Of a DNA stretch of 41,768 bases, positions 7,699-16,188 are shown piece after piece. The notes beneath the pieces are model-generated. The model did no database searches. It saw only the letters and a program-made list of their open reading frames with translations, and was not told where the DNA came from. The stretch is from a virus. The stretch is from IMG/VR virus record IMGVR_UViG_3300029303_000014, one strand, 5' to 3'. Position 1 is the first letter of the stretch. The number at the start of each line of letters is the position of its first letter. Made by a program: the position numbers and the translations under genes.

Positions 7699-8361
7699 AT
7701 GGCAGATGAAAATGGAGTTTGGCGCACAATCAGCGGGCGGCGTGTTTTCATTCGAGACGGACAGAGCCTAACGGACGCGATGCGGGAAAGCGGGAAGTTT
7801 AACCGCGAGGAAACTGGTGGCGCGGGGCACATTGACGAGGGTGATTTGTATGAGGCGCTTGAAGATCTACCAGATGACGAGGCTGAAAAGCTAATCCAGT
7901 CAATTAGGTACTACACAGATGATTATACGTGGTCGCTTGAAACAAAAGAAGAAGTGCAAAACATCAACAAAGCCATAGAAGAAGCAAAGTCCGTCCACTG
8001 GAACGATGGCGAGCTTTATCGTGGGATTAATGTTGATTCGGATTTTTTGGAAAGTCTCAAAGAGGGAGACGTGATCGAAACAGGGCTGCCCAGTTCTTGG
8101 AGTTCGGACGCTTCGGTTGCAGTCGAATTTGCGTCCGGACAGCATTTAGAATCTTCAAATGGCACAAGCGCTGTTCTGGTTGACACTACAAGTGGGGCAA
8201 GAAACGCAATATCAATTCGAGATTTTTCCAGATACCCAGATGAGCAGGAAGTTTTATATAGCGGCAACTCTTCTTTCCAAGTAGTCGGCTTCCGCGAAGA
8301 AGAGAACCCAGCTGATGGGAGCACTATTTATATGGTTGAAGTTGAGGAGGTCAGAAAATGA
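7699..8361 (+). CDS. ADP-ribosyltransferase (R-S-ExE class, exoenzyme-type)
   Basis: 220 aa with AGGAGGG RBS. Motifs ELYRG, LPSSWSS and YPDEQEVLY in the correct order and spacing. Confidence 0.78.
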   Translation: MADENGVWRTISGRRVFIRDGQSLTDAMRESGKFNREETGGAGHIDEGDLYEALEDLPDDEAEKLIQSIRYYTDDYTWSLETKEEVQNINKAIEEAKSVHWNDGELYRGINVDSDFLESLKEGDVIETGLPSSWSSDASVAVEFASGQHLESSNGTSAVLVDTTSGARNAISIRDFSRYPDEQEVLYSGNSSFQVVGFREEENPADGSTIYMVEVEEVRK

Positions 8362-8507
8362 AAAGCGAGAATGGGATTACATTGCAGCGAAAATGGGAAT
8401 CAAAATTCAATGCTGTTTCTGTGAAAAAGAGTTTGCAAACCAGGCTTAAAACACAAATGCAGAAAAACGCTGTGGCAAAAAAACGCAGTGGAAATAAAGG
8501 AGAATAA
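8358..8507 (+). CDS. Small basic ORF (49 aa, below the track cutoff)
   Basis: GAGGAGG lies 7 nt upstream. ATGA overlap with the ART stop. Fills the gap before the scaffold gene. Confidence 0.45.
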   Translation: MKSENGITLQRKWESKFNAVSVKKSLQTRLKTQMQKNAVAKKRSGNKGE

Positions 8508-8510
8508 AAA

Positions 8511-9008
8511 ATGGCAGACGAAATCATTACTTTTGATGAAATACTGGCTGACCCCACCTATAAGGCGGAGTTTGACAGGCGAATCACAAAGGCGCTTTCG
8601 ACTGTTCAGAGCAAACTGGACGCGGAAGTGGAGAAAAACAAGCAGTTTGCGGCAAGTGGAAGCGCGGAAACGGAAGCGCTCAGAAAGGAGATCGAGGGCT
8701 ACAAGTCTAAGATCGCCGATTATGACTACGCAGATGTGATCCGCAAGACGCTTGCTGAAAAGGGCGTGAAATTCAGCTCTAAGGCTGCGGAAAAGGCATA
8801 TTTGGCAGACCTGAAAGCAAAGCACCTTGAAATCAAGGACGGTGCTCTTGATGGGTTTGACGAATGGCACAAGGCGCAAGTCAGCGCCGATCCATCCGCG
8901 TTCCAAGACGGCGTAAAAATCGACTGGTCTGCCGCTGTTGGCGGCGGCGAAAAGAAAACAGATACCAATGCCGCGATGAACAATCTGATCCGCGGCGCAC
9001 TCAAGTAA
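8511..9008 (+). CDS. Scaffolding protein (DUF4355-like)
   Basis: 165 aa, coiled-coil and acidic, immediately upstream of the capsid gene. Confidence 0.78.
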   Translation: MADEIITFDEILADPTYKAEFDRRITKALSTVQSKLDAEVEKNKQFAASGSAETEALRKEIEGYKSKIADYDYADVIRKTLAEKGVKFSSKAAEKAYLADLKAKHLEIKDGALDGFDEWHKAQVSADPSAFQDGVKIDWSAAVGGGEKKTDTNAAMNNLIRGALK

Positions 9009-9026
9009 CAAAAAGGAGATTACAAC

Positions 9027-10241
9027 ATGGCAAGTATTGATCGTTCCGCCCTTTCCGGCCTTATTCCGGAACCCGTAACCCGCGAGATCATGCAGGGCGC
9101 TATCGCGGAATCCGCTGTCCTGCGCATGGGCCGTCGTCTGGCGAATATGTCCAGCAAGACGCAGACCATCAACGTGCTTGACGCACTTCCCTCCGCGTAC
9201 TTCGTGAACGGCGAGGCCACCGACAGCGGCGCTGGTGAGGCGTTCAAGCAGACCACCAAGATGGCGTGGGACAAAAAGAAACTGTACGCCGAGGAAATCG
9301 CGGTTATCGTCCCCATTCCCGAGGCTGCTCTCGATGATGCGGACTATGACATTTGGGGCGAGGTCAAGCCCCGTCTGACCGAAGCTTTCGGCAAGGTCAT
9401 TGATGCGGCTATCCTGTTCGGCACCAACAAGCCCAGCACTTGGCGCACTGGCGTTGTTCCTGCTGCTATCGCTGCCGGTAACGGTGTTCCCGTCGGCACC
9501 AGCGTGTTTGACGACATCATGGGCGAGAATGGCCTAATCTCCAAGGTTGAGCTGGACGGCTTCAACCCCAACGGCGTTATGTCCGCTATCCAGATGCGCG
9601 GTAAGCTGCGCGGCCTGAAGGACACCACCGGTCAGCCCATCTTCAAGTCCGATATGCAGGGTGCCACCCGCTATGGCCTTGATGGTATGGACATGTACTT
9701 CCCGATGAACGGCGCATTTGACCCCGCACAGGCGCAGATGATCGTCGGCGATTGGAGCCAGCTCGTCTATGCCATTCGCCAGGATATGACCTTCAAGGTC
9801 TTTACCGAGGGCGTGATTCAGGATCCCGCCACGAAGGACATCGTTTACAACCTCATGCAGAACGATATGGTCGCGCTGCGCGCTGTCATGCGTCTTGGCT
9901 GGGAGATTGCAAACCCCATCAACGCTTACAACGCAGAAAAGGTGAACCCGTTCCCCTTCTCCGTTTACGGCAAGGGTGGTGCTATTTCCACCGTTGCTGT
10001 GTCCCCTGCTACCGCCACCGTAAAGAAGGGCGAGAGCAAGCTGTTTACCGCCAAGGTTGACGGCGAGGGCATCATCAACGGCGAGGTTGAATGGTCTCAG
10101 GACGGCACGAAGAGCAAGATCAGCGATGAGGGCGTTCTGACCGTTTCTGCTACCGAAACCAAGAGTAGCATCACCGTTACCGCGAAGTCCAAGCAGGACG
10201 GGACCAAGACCGGCACTGCCACCGTTACTGTTTCTGCCTGA
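9027..10241 (+). CDS. Major capsid protein (HK97 fold) with a C-terminal Ig-like (Big_2-type) domain
   Basis: 404 aa in the expected position. The C-terminal ~85 aa, VAVSPATATVKKGESKLFTAKV...TATVTVSA, is Big_2-like. Confidence 0.88.
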   Translation: MASIDRSALSGLIPEPVTREIMQGAIAESAVLRMGRRLANMSSKTQTINVLDALPSAYFVNGEATDSGAGEAFKQTTKMAWDKKKLYAEEIAVIVPIPEAALDDADYDIWGEVKPRLTEAFGKVIDAAILFGTNKPSTWRTGVVPAAIAAGNGVPVGTSVFDDIMGENGLISKVELDGFNPNGVMSAIQMRGKLRGLKDTTGQPIFKSDMQGATRYGLDGMDMYFPMNGAFDPAQAQMIVGDWSQLVYAIRQDMTFKVFTEGVIQDPATKDIVYNLMQNDMVALRAVMRLGWEIANPINAYNAEKVNPFPFSVYGKGGAISTVAVSPATATVKKGESKLFTAKVDGEGIINGEVEWSQDGTKSKISDEGVLTVSATETKSSITVTAKSKQDGTKTGTATVTVSA

Positions 10242-10261
10242 TTTGAAAGGAGATGACCCGT

Positions 10262-10699
10262 ATGACTTACGCAGACTTTGAATACTACTCCGGCGTTTAC
10301 ATGGGCGCTGTGAGTGGAACCGACTTCCCGCGTCTTGTTGTCCGCGCCAGCTCCTTCCTCGACTACTACACGCGCAACAGAGCACAAGACAACGCTGACC
10401 TGGATGCGGTGAAGATGTGCTGCTGTGCGCTGGTTGACAAGTATGCGGTCATCGAATCCGCACAAGCACTGGCGATGAAAAATCTTGCCAATGCTGCGGC
10501 AAATGATGCGGAAGTAAAAAGCGAAACGGTAGGCAGTTACTCCAGAACGCTTGCAACAGGCGGGGAATCTGCTTTGTCCGCCCTCAATGCGACGGACGAG
10601 GCAAAGAAACTTCTGGCAGAAACGTGCATGGAATACCTTGCACATACCGGGCTGCTGTATCGTGGAGGTGGTTGTAGATGTACGCTCCCCACACTGTAA
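10262..10699 (+). CDS. Head-tail adaptor/connector protein
   Basis: Position after the capsid gene. AAAGGAG lies 9 nt upstream of ATG 10262 (track start 10253 abuts the RBS). Confidence 0.65.
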   Translation: MTYADFEYYSGVYMGAVSGTDFPRLVVRASSFLDYYTRNRAQDNADLDAVKMCCCALVDKYAVIESAQALAMKNLANAAANDAEVKSETVGSYSRTLATGGESALSALNATDEAKKLLAETCMEYLAHTGLLYRGGGCRCTLPTL

Positions 10700-11127
10700 C
10701 GATCTACAACATCGTGCAGGAGATCGACCCGACAACTCTTGATGAGGTCGAAAAGGTCTACACCACGATATTGCGCGGTGTGATGCTCCAAGCGTCTAAA
10801 GGCGTGAACGTGCGTGAAAGCGGCCTTGAAGGTGCTGACGCTGTAAATCTGTATATCCCGTTCTCCGTGAAAGCGGTGGACGGGGTAACAGGTAAACCGA
10901 AAAACTACATCGGCCCGCAATCGTTTTTCAAAGCGGCGGATAAGTCTAACCTATGGACGCTCTCATACAAGGGTAACGGCGGCATGACGTGCTTTGTAAA
11001 GGGCGAGTTTGTGTCGGACAACATGACCGTCGTGTTGAGCCATGACGATTGTTACAACGTGACGAAGGTTGATGCAATGGACTACGGTAGCGCCGATATG
11101 CAGCACTGGGAAGTCGGAGGTGCGTAA
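10678..11127 (+). CDS. Head closure / stopper-like protein
   Basis: 149 aa, by synteny in the SPP1-type connector module. Confidence 0.55.
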   Translation: MYAPHTVTIYNIVQEIDPTTLDEVEKVYTTILRGVMLQASKGVNVRESGLEGADAVNLYIPFSVKAVDGVTGKPKNYIGPQSFFKAADKSNLWTLSYKGNGGMTCFVKGEFVSDNMTVVLSHDDCYNVTKVDAMDYGSADMQHWEVGGA

Positions 11128-11546
11128 TGGGTATCAAGTTTTCCGTGCATACCGATGGAATGGACGCTGCAAGAACCGCCATTGCAAAGGCTTGTACGCG
11201 CGCTGAGCACGTTTTATCCGAGCAGATGGAGAAAGACACTCAGCCTTTTGTGCCGATGCTCACAGGCTCATTAACGCAGCGTACAAGGGTAGTTGGCAAC
11301 GACATCATCTACCCCGGCCCTTACGCGAGATTCCTGTATTACGGGAAAGTAATGGTTGATCCAAATACCGGCAGCACATATGCGCCGAAAGGCGGTACAA
11401 AGGTCGTGACTGACCGCAATTTGGTATTCAACCACACGGCTCATCCACAGGCACAAGACCATTGGTGTGAAGCATCAAAAGCACAGAACCTTGGCAAGTG
11501 GGCGCGCGTAGCAGAAAAGGCGGTGAAGAAGTACGGAACAGGTTAA
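11127..11546 (+). CDS. Minor capsid / tail attachment protein (HK97 gp10-like)
   Basis: 139 aa, ATG overlaps the upstream stop (TAATG), by synteny. Confidence 0.6.
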   Translation: MGIKFSVHTDGMDAARTAIAKACTRAEHVLSEQMEKDTQPFVPMLTGSLTQRTRVVGNDIIYPGPYARFLYYGKVMVDPNTGSTYAPKGGTKVVTDRNLVFNHTAHPQAQDHWCEASKAQNLGKWARVAEKAVKKYGTG

Positions 11547-11631
11547 AAAGACGGTTTCGTCGGCGGAAGAAGATCAGGTCTCCCGCAAGCTGCTTGCGTG
11601 GTTAAACACGTTCCCGGATAAGCCGGTTGAT

Positions 11632-11988
11632 TTGATTCGATTCGAATTTCTTCCCGCCGATACTCCGGCAATGGCGCTGTCTACGATTCAGGCGGCGTAT
11701 ATCGTCAAAAAATACATTCTCGGCGGGTATCAAGCGGAATACCAATTCAAGGTCATTTACCGCATGAAACCGGGGAATAGCAACGACAAACGGCTCAAGG
11801 CTGACGAGCTGCTTAACGCCTTGGGCGATTGGGCAGCAAGCGAAACGCCGCCTGACATTGGCGACGGTCGCCGCGTCATTCGCATTGAGCCGACAACGCG
11901 ATCCTCTCTTTTTGCCGTGTATGAAAACGGCGATGAGGATCACCAAATCCTTATGAAAATGAACTACGAGGTGATTAAAAATGGCTGA
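11632..11988 (+). CDS. Tail completion/terminator-like protein; true start unresolved
   Basis: TTG start from the track. The frame is open from 11527 with protein-like sequence but no ATG, GTG or TTG. Confidence 0.55.
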   Translation: MIRFEFLPADTPAMALSTIQAAYIVKKYILGGYQAEYQFKVIYRMKPGNSNDKRLKADELLNALGDWAASETPPDIGDGRRVIRIEPTTRSSLFAVYENGDEDHQILMKMNYEVIKNG

Positions 11989-12505
11989 TACGACATTTAA
12001 CACTCCGGCGGGGCAGACCGTAGACCGCGAACTTCTGATCGCGTGTCTCAACACGGGCGAAACCGGAACCCCCACATGGTCTCCCTTTGGTACGCGCGTC
12101 ACGGATTCCAGCATGGAATACGACTGGCAGGAGGATTCCTCGAAGGATATTCTTGGCACGACGCGCACGACCATGAAGAAACCCATCATCACGCAGACCT
12201 TTGACCCGTCTGATCTGGACGCTGGTGACCCCGCCATCGTCAAGATTTGGAATCTCGCGGTCAAGGAGCAGAACGCGGCGGCGCTGGCAAATCAGGACGT
12301 GCTGATTGTCCACGCCTATGCAGGCACGGCAAAGACCGCAGTATTTGCGGAGCGCTATTCGTCCTGCATGGTTAAGCCCTCTTCCCTCGGCGGCGAGGGT
12401 GGCGGCTTTATCGGTATGCCTATCGACGTGACGCTTGGCGGCACGCGCACGGTTGGCACTGCCGCTATCTCTGGCAATACGGTCACGTTTACCGAGGGCG
12501 AATAA
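11981..12505 (+). CDS. Major tail (tube) protein
   Basis: 174 aa in the position before the chaperones and tape measure, followed by a strong terminator. Confidence 0.78.
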   Translation: MADTTFNTPAGQTVDRELLIACLNTGETGTPTWSPFGTRVTDSSMEYDWQEDSSKDILGTTRTTMKKPIITQTFDPSDLDAGDPAIVKIWNLAVKEQNAAALANQDVLIVHAYAGTAKTAVFAERYSSCMVKPSSLGGEGGGFIGMPIDVTLGGTRTVGTAAISGNTVTFTEGE

Positions 12506-12511
12506 ACCATA

Positions 12512-12540
12512 GAGGGCTGGCATCTGTCAGCCCTCATTTT
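12512..12540 (+). terminator. Rho-independent terminator after the tail tube gene
   Basis: GAGGGCTG-8 nt-CAGCCCTC followed by ATTTT. Confidence 0.7.
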
Positions 12541-12550
12541 GGAGGAATAT

Positions 12551-12976
12551 ATGGAACTGAGTTTTGATTCCGGTGTAAAGGAATATACCATTCGCGGCGT
12601 GAACGGCATCGTAACAGTGCACTTTAACCCTGCGGATGTCAACTTCGCAAAGAAAGCATATAAAACCTTTGATGACCTGCGCAAAAAGCAGGAGACCCGA
12701 GCAAAGACACTCGAAAAGGATATCCCCGACGACGAGCTTTTTGACATGGTTGATTCTCTTGACAAGGAAATGCGCAGCATCATCAATGATCTGTTCGGAC
12801 AAGACATTGCCGATACGCTTTTTGGCAGCGTCAACGCCTATTCCGCGGCCAACGGTGCGCCGGTTTGGCAGAACTTTATGACCGCCATCATCGAGCAGTT
12901 TGATGAGGCAGTAAAGCGCGAACAGGCGCTTGCCGATGAGAAAATCCGCAAGTATACGCAGAAATACCGTAAATGA
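12551..12976 (+). CDS. Tail assembly chaperone
   Basis: 141 aa and acidic, between the tube and tape measure genes. GGAGG lies 5 nt upstream of ATG 12551. Confidence 0.62.
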   Translation: MELSFDSGVKEYTIRGVNGIVTVHFNPADVNFAKKAYKTFDDLRKKQETRAKTLEKDIPDDELFDMVDSLDKEMRSIINDLFGQDIADTLFGSVNAYSAANGAPVWQNFMTAIIEQFDEAVKREQALADEKIRKYTQKYRK

Positions 12977-13542
12977 TGTACGATCTTCCAACGTCGCTGA
13001 ACGTCTGCGGCGTTGACTATAAAATCCGCTCGGACTATCGTGCGGCGTTGGACGTGCTTTCGGTCTTTTCTGCGGTCGATTTGGACAACGGGCAAAAGGT
13101 TCTGGCTGCTCTGGATATTTTCTATCCCGATTTTTTGCAAATGCCGGACGAGCATATCCCTGATGCGGTGAAGCAAATGACATGGTTTCTTGACTGCGGC
13201 GACGAGGGAGATAACCGGAAACGCCCAAAGCTGATGGATTGGGAACAAGACTTTCAATACATTGTGGCTCCCATCAACCGTGTTGTGGGACATGAAGTAC
13301 GCGCAATGCCTTATTTCCATTGGTGGTCATTCGTCTCGGCGTACTACGAAATCGGGGATTGCTTGTTTGCAAACATTGTGCGAATCCGCAATTTGAAAGC
13401 AAAAGGGAAAACGCTCGACAAGTCGGATCGAGAATTTTACCGAGAAAACAGGCGGCTTGTCGATCTAAAGAAGCCGATGACAGAAGAAGAAAACGCCACG
13501 ATCAATGCGTGGTTGGGCAAAAAAACGCCCGACGCAAAATAG
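12973..13542 (+). CDS. Gp15-family tail assembly protein
   Basis: 189 aa with ATGA overlap. The pattern YDLPTSLNVCGVDYKIRSDYRAALDVL is recalled as the phage Gp15 family. Confidence 0.65.
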   Translation: MMYDLPTSLNVCGVDYKIRSDYRAALDVLSVFSAVDLDNGQKVLAALDIFYPDFLQMPDEHIPDAVKQMTWFLDCGDEGDNRKRPKLMDWEQDFQYIVAPINRVVGHEVRAMPYFHWWSFVSAYYEIGDCLFANIVRIRNLKAKGKTLDKSDREFYRENRRLVDLKKPMTEEENATINAWLGKKTPDAK

Positions 13543-13551
13543 CATCGGGCG
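13519..13551 (-). terminator. Rho-independent terminator of minus-strand gene 13559..14137
   Basis: On the minus strand, CGCCCGA-12 nt-TCGGGCG is followed by TTTTTTT. It lies within the 3' end of the Gp15 gene. Confidence 0.7.
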
Positions 13552-13558
13552 AAGGTGG

Positions 13559-14137
13559 TTACTTGTTTGCAATGAATGTGATTTCGTTTCCAGACCAAAA
13601 GTCAGGAGTAAAGCGAATTTCAATTTCTTTCCAGTCTTTGGGGACTTCGTATCCGACAACGCCGGTCATTTTCTTACCGGCAGCAACGGCTCCGTCTAAC
13701 TGGGTTTTATCGGTTGCGATGGTGGCCGAAATGCTCAGGTTTGTCGAGTAGTCATCAACATAGGCGTTGAACGATGCGATAGAGCTAACGGCAATATCTT
13801 TATCCGACTGGTTATCAATGGAGAATTCGCAAAGCAAAAACACATTGCCATCATCAGGGGTGTTGAACTGCGATCCATTGCTTTCGGTGTAAGAATCAAA
13901 CTTTACACTGATTCCGTTTAGCTCGGCGGTTTCTCCAACGCTAAATGTTTGTTTCTCCGCGCCAGAATCATCGCCCATGCCGTTTAATGCGGCGGCAATC
14001 ATGCAAATGCCGAAAATAGCAATGATAATCCCCAATACTGGGTGGCGCTTTTTCTGCTTGGCTCCACACTGCGGGCAAGTGGTAGCGGATTTTGCGATAG
14101 ATGCCCCGCATACCTTGCAAGTAGTCATCTTATCCAT
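13559..14137 (-). CDS. Membrane-anchored protein: N-terminal zinc-ribbon, one TM, extracellular DUF4352-like beta domain (moron)
   Basis: CKVCG...CPQCG, then HPVLGIIIAIFGICMIAAAL, then a beta-rich domain. GGAGGAATGAA RBS. Opposite strand to the tail genes. Confidence 0.8.
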   Translation of the reverse strand: MDKMTTCKVCGASIAKSATTCPQCGAKQKKRHPVLGIIIAIFGICMIAAALNGMGDDSGAEKQTFSVGETAELNGISVKFDSYTESNGSQFNTPDDGNVFLLCEFSIDNQSDKDIAVSSIASFNAYVDDYSTNLSISATIATDKTQLDGAVAAGKKMTGVVGYEVPKDWKEIEIRFTPDFWSGNEITFIANK

Positions 14138-14174
14138 TTTTCATTCCTCCTTGCCATTATTTATGGCTTCTTGG

Positions 14175-14203
14175 ATGATATCACGCAAAAAACCTAAAAG
14201 CAA
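14175..14203 (-). promoter_or_regulatory. Promoter of the moron: TTGCTT-17-TATCAT with TGa extended -10
   Basis: Read on the minus strand: -35 = 14203-14198 and -10 = 14180-14175. Confidence 0.6.
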
Positions 14204-14215
14204 GAAGGTGATATT

Positions 14216-16177
14216 ATGGCTGACGGCGAAGTCGTATTTGAAGCGACTATTAGCGACAAAAAACTCCATCAGGAGTTAAACAAAGTTAAAAGCAATATCG
14301 AATCCTTACAAAAGGAATTCAACCGGCTCGGCGACCAGAAAACGCCGATGGAAGACCGGCTGCGCAGCATCGGAGCAGAGCTGGATGCGGCAAAACAGGA
14401 GCTTGCAGATATGCGTACAGCGCCGAAAGGCACGTATGAGAAAATCGACGTGTCCGAGCAGGCCGAGCGCGTGCGAATGCTGCAAAGCGAATTTAATAAA
14501 ACTGCAAATAGCATTGATAAGCTCAACGAAAAGCTCAAAAAAACCGGCGATAAAATTTCCGACGCGAAAACGCAGGCAGTCGAGCTAACACAGCAGATCG
14601 AGGGCAGAGCCAAAGGCGCAGGACTGCGCAATGCAACCGAAGCGGCGGCAGATTCCATGAAAGTATTTGGACAGCGCTTAAAATCTGTTGTCCGAAGTGC
14701 ACTTGTTTTTACAGTTATTACCCAAGCATTAACAAAAGTGCGCGACTGGGTAAAAAATGTCGTAATGGTAAACTCCGATGCAAGAGAATCCATTGCGCAG
14801 CTTAAAGGAGCGCTTTTGACGCTGGCACAGCCTCTTGTAAGTGTAATTGTCCCCGCTTTTACACTGCTTGTAAAAGTTATCACGGCAGTAGTCTCACAGA
14901 TCACTCGTCTTGTGGCGCTTATCTCCGGCAAGAGTGTCAAGGCAACTGCTAACTCGGCAAAGGCGCTAAACAAAGAGACCAGCGCATTAAAGGGAACGGG
15001 CAGTGCCGCGAAGAAAGCGGCAAGCCAGCTTGCGGCGTTTGATGAGATCAACCAGATTTCCACCGATACCGCAAACGATGCGGGCGGTGGCGCATCCGCT
15101 GACGCAATCACTCCGGACTTTAGCTACATGGACGACATCAGCGACCGCTTAAAGAAAATCGCTGATGCAGTCATGCTCATTGCGGCAGGCTTAGCGCTGT
15201 GGAAAATCAGCAGCAGTTTGCCGGGTGTGCTTGGCACTATTTTGCAAAAGCTTGGCGGCATCCTTATCGCGGTTGGCGGATTGATTCTTCTGTGGGACGG
15301 CTTATCCGACGCATGGAATAACGGCGTCAACTGGGGGAATCTGCTCGAAATGCTTGCAGGCACAGCGGCGCTTGCCGGGGGGCTTGCAATCGCATTCGGC
15401 AAAGTCGGCGCAGGCATCGGCCTTGTAGTGGCTGGCTCAGCAATGATTATCACAGCGTTTAAGGACATTTGTGATAACGGTGCAAATCTTCAAAATACGC
15501 TGTTATTGATTGCTGGCATTGTGGCAACGGGGCTGGGGTTCTTTTTTCTGACCGGCAGCGTTATCCCTCTTGTTATTGCTGGCATCGCATCTGTAGTTAC
15601 GGCGGCGCTTGCGCTTACAGGTAATTTGACAGAGTTTGCCAGAAACTTGAAAGATAATATCCTCGGTGGAATTATCCAATTTATCAAGGGCGTGTTCACG
15701 GGCAACTGGAAATCTGCGTGGGAAGGTGTCAAAAAAGTTTTCTCTGGCATCTGGAACAGCATCGTTATTATTGCCGAGAGCGCCATCAATGCCGTCATTA
15801 AAGGCTTGAACTGGCTGATTAGTAAAATCAATACGATCAAGTTTACTGTTCCGAGTTGGGTTCCCGGTGTCGGCGGCAAAAGCATTGGCGGGCATATTTC
15901 TTCGCTCTCTGAGGTTCGTTTGCCGCGTTTGGCGACCGGTGCAGTTATCCCCCCGAACAAAGAATTTCTTGCCGTGCTGGGCGACCAGAAAAGCGGGACG
16001 AACATTGAAACGCCACTTGCAACGATGGTTGACGCATTTAAACAGGCTATGGCGGAATCTGGCGGCGGTGCAACCACTGTTGTTATCCAGCTTGACGGTA
16101 AGGAAATCGCACGCAGCACCGTGACGAACATCAACAACATGACACGCGCGGCGGGTAAGCCCGTGCTGCTGTACTAA
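14216..16177 (+). CDS. Tape measure protein
   Basis: 653 aa with an N-terminal coiled coil, multiple hydrophobic/Gly-rich segments and the canonical position. Confidence 0.9.
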   Translation: MADGEVVFEATISDKKLHQELNKVKSNIESLQKEFNRLGDQKTPMEDRLRSIGAELDAAKQELADMRTAPKGTYEKIDVSEQAERVRMLQSEFNKTANSIDKLNEKLKKTGDKISDAKTQAVELTQQIEGRAKGAGLRNATEAAADSMKVFGQRLKSVVRSALVFTVITQALTKVRDWVKNVVMVNSDARESIAQLKGALLTLAQPLVSVIVPAFTLLVKVITAVVSQITRLVALISGKSVKATANSAKALNKETSALKGTGSAAKKAASQLAAFDEINQISTDTANDAGGGASADAITPDFSYMDDISDRLKKIADAVMLIAAGLALWKISSSLPGVLGTILQKLGGILIAVGGLILLWDGLSDAWNNGVNWGNLLEMLAGTAALAGGLAIAFGKVGAGIGLVVAGSAMIITAFKDICDNGANLQNTLLLIAGIVATGLGFFFLTGSVIPLVIAGIASVVTAALALTGNLTEFARNLKDNILGGIIQFIKGVFTGNWKSAWEGVKKVFSGIWNSIVIIAESAINAVIKGLNWLISKINTIKFTVPSWVPGVGGKSIGGHISSLSEVRLPRLATGAVIPPNKEFLAVLGDQKSGTNIETPLATMVDAFKQAMAESGGGATTVVIQLDGKEIARSTVTNINNMTRAAGKPVLLY

Positions 16178-16188
16178 GGAGGGGTAAC

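Noticed and set aside
9534-10385. Long minus-strand ORFs antisense to well-supported genes. Examples: 9534..10385, 14269..15111, 12527..13228, 11602..12264, 32528..33391, 34031..34936, 36639..37487, 38346..39062, 40615..41259.
   Set aside because: They are shadow ORFs of G+C-rich coding DNA. Their composition is R/A/G/P/S/C-rich with no RBS, and each fully overlaps plus-strand genes that have recognisable families and coupled starts.
12551-13542. Canonical -1 programmed frameshift between the two tail chaperone genes.
   Set aside because: The two ORFs are joined by a simple ATGA stop/start overlap, and the second has its own ATG. I found no slippery heptamer with an extended overlapping frame.
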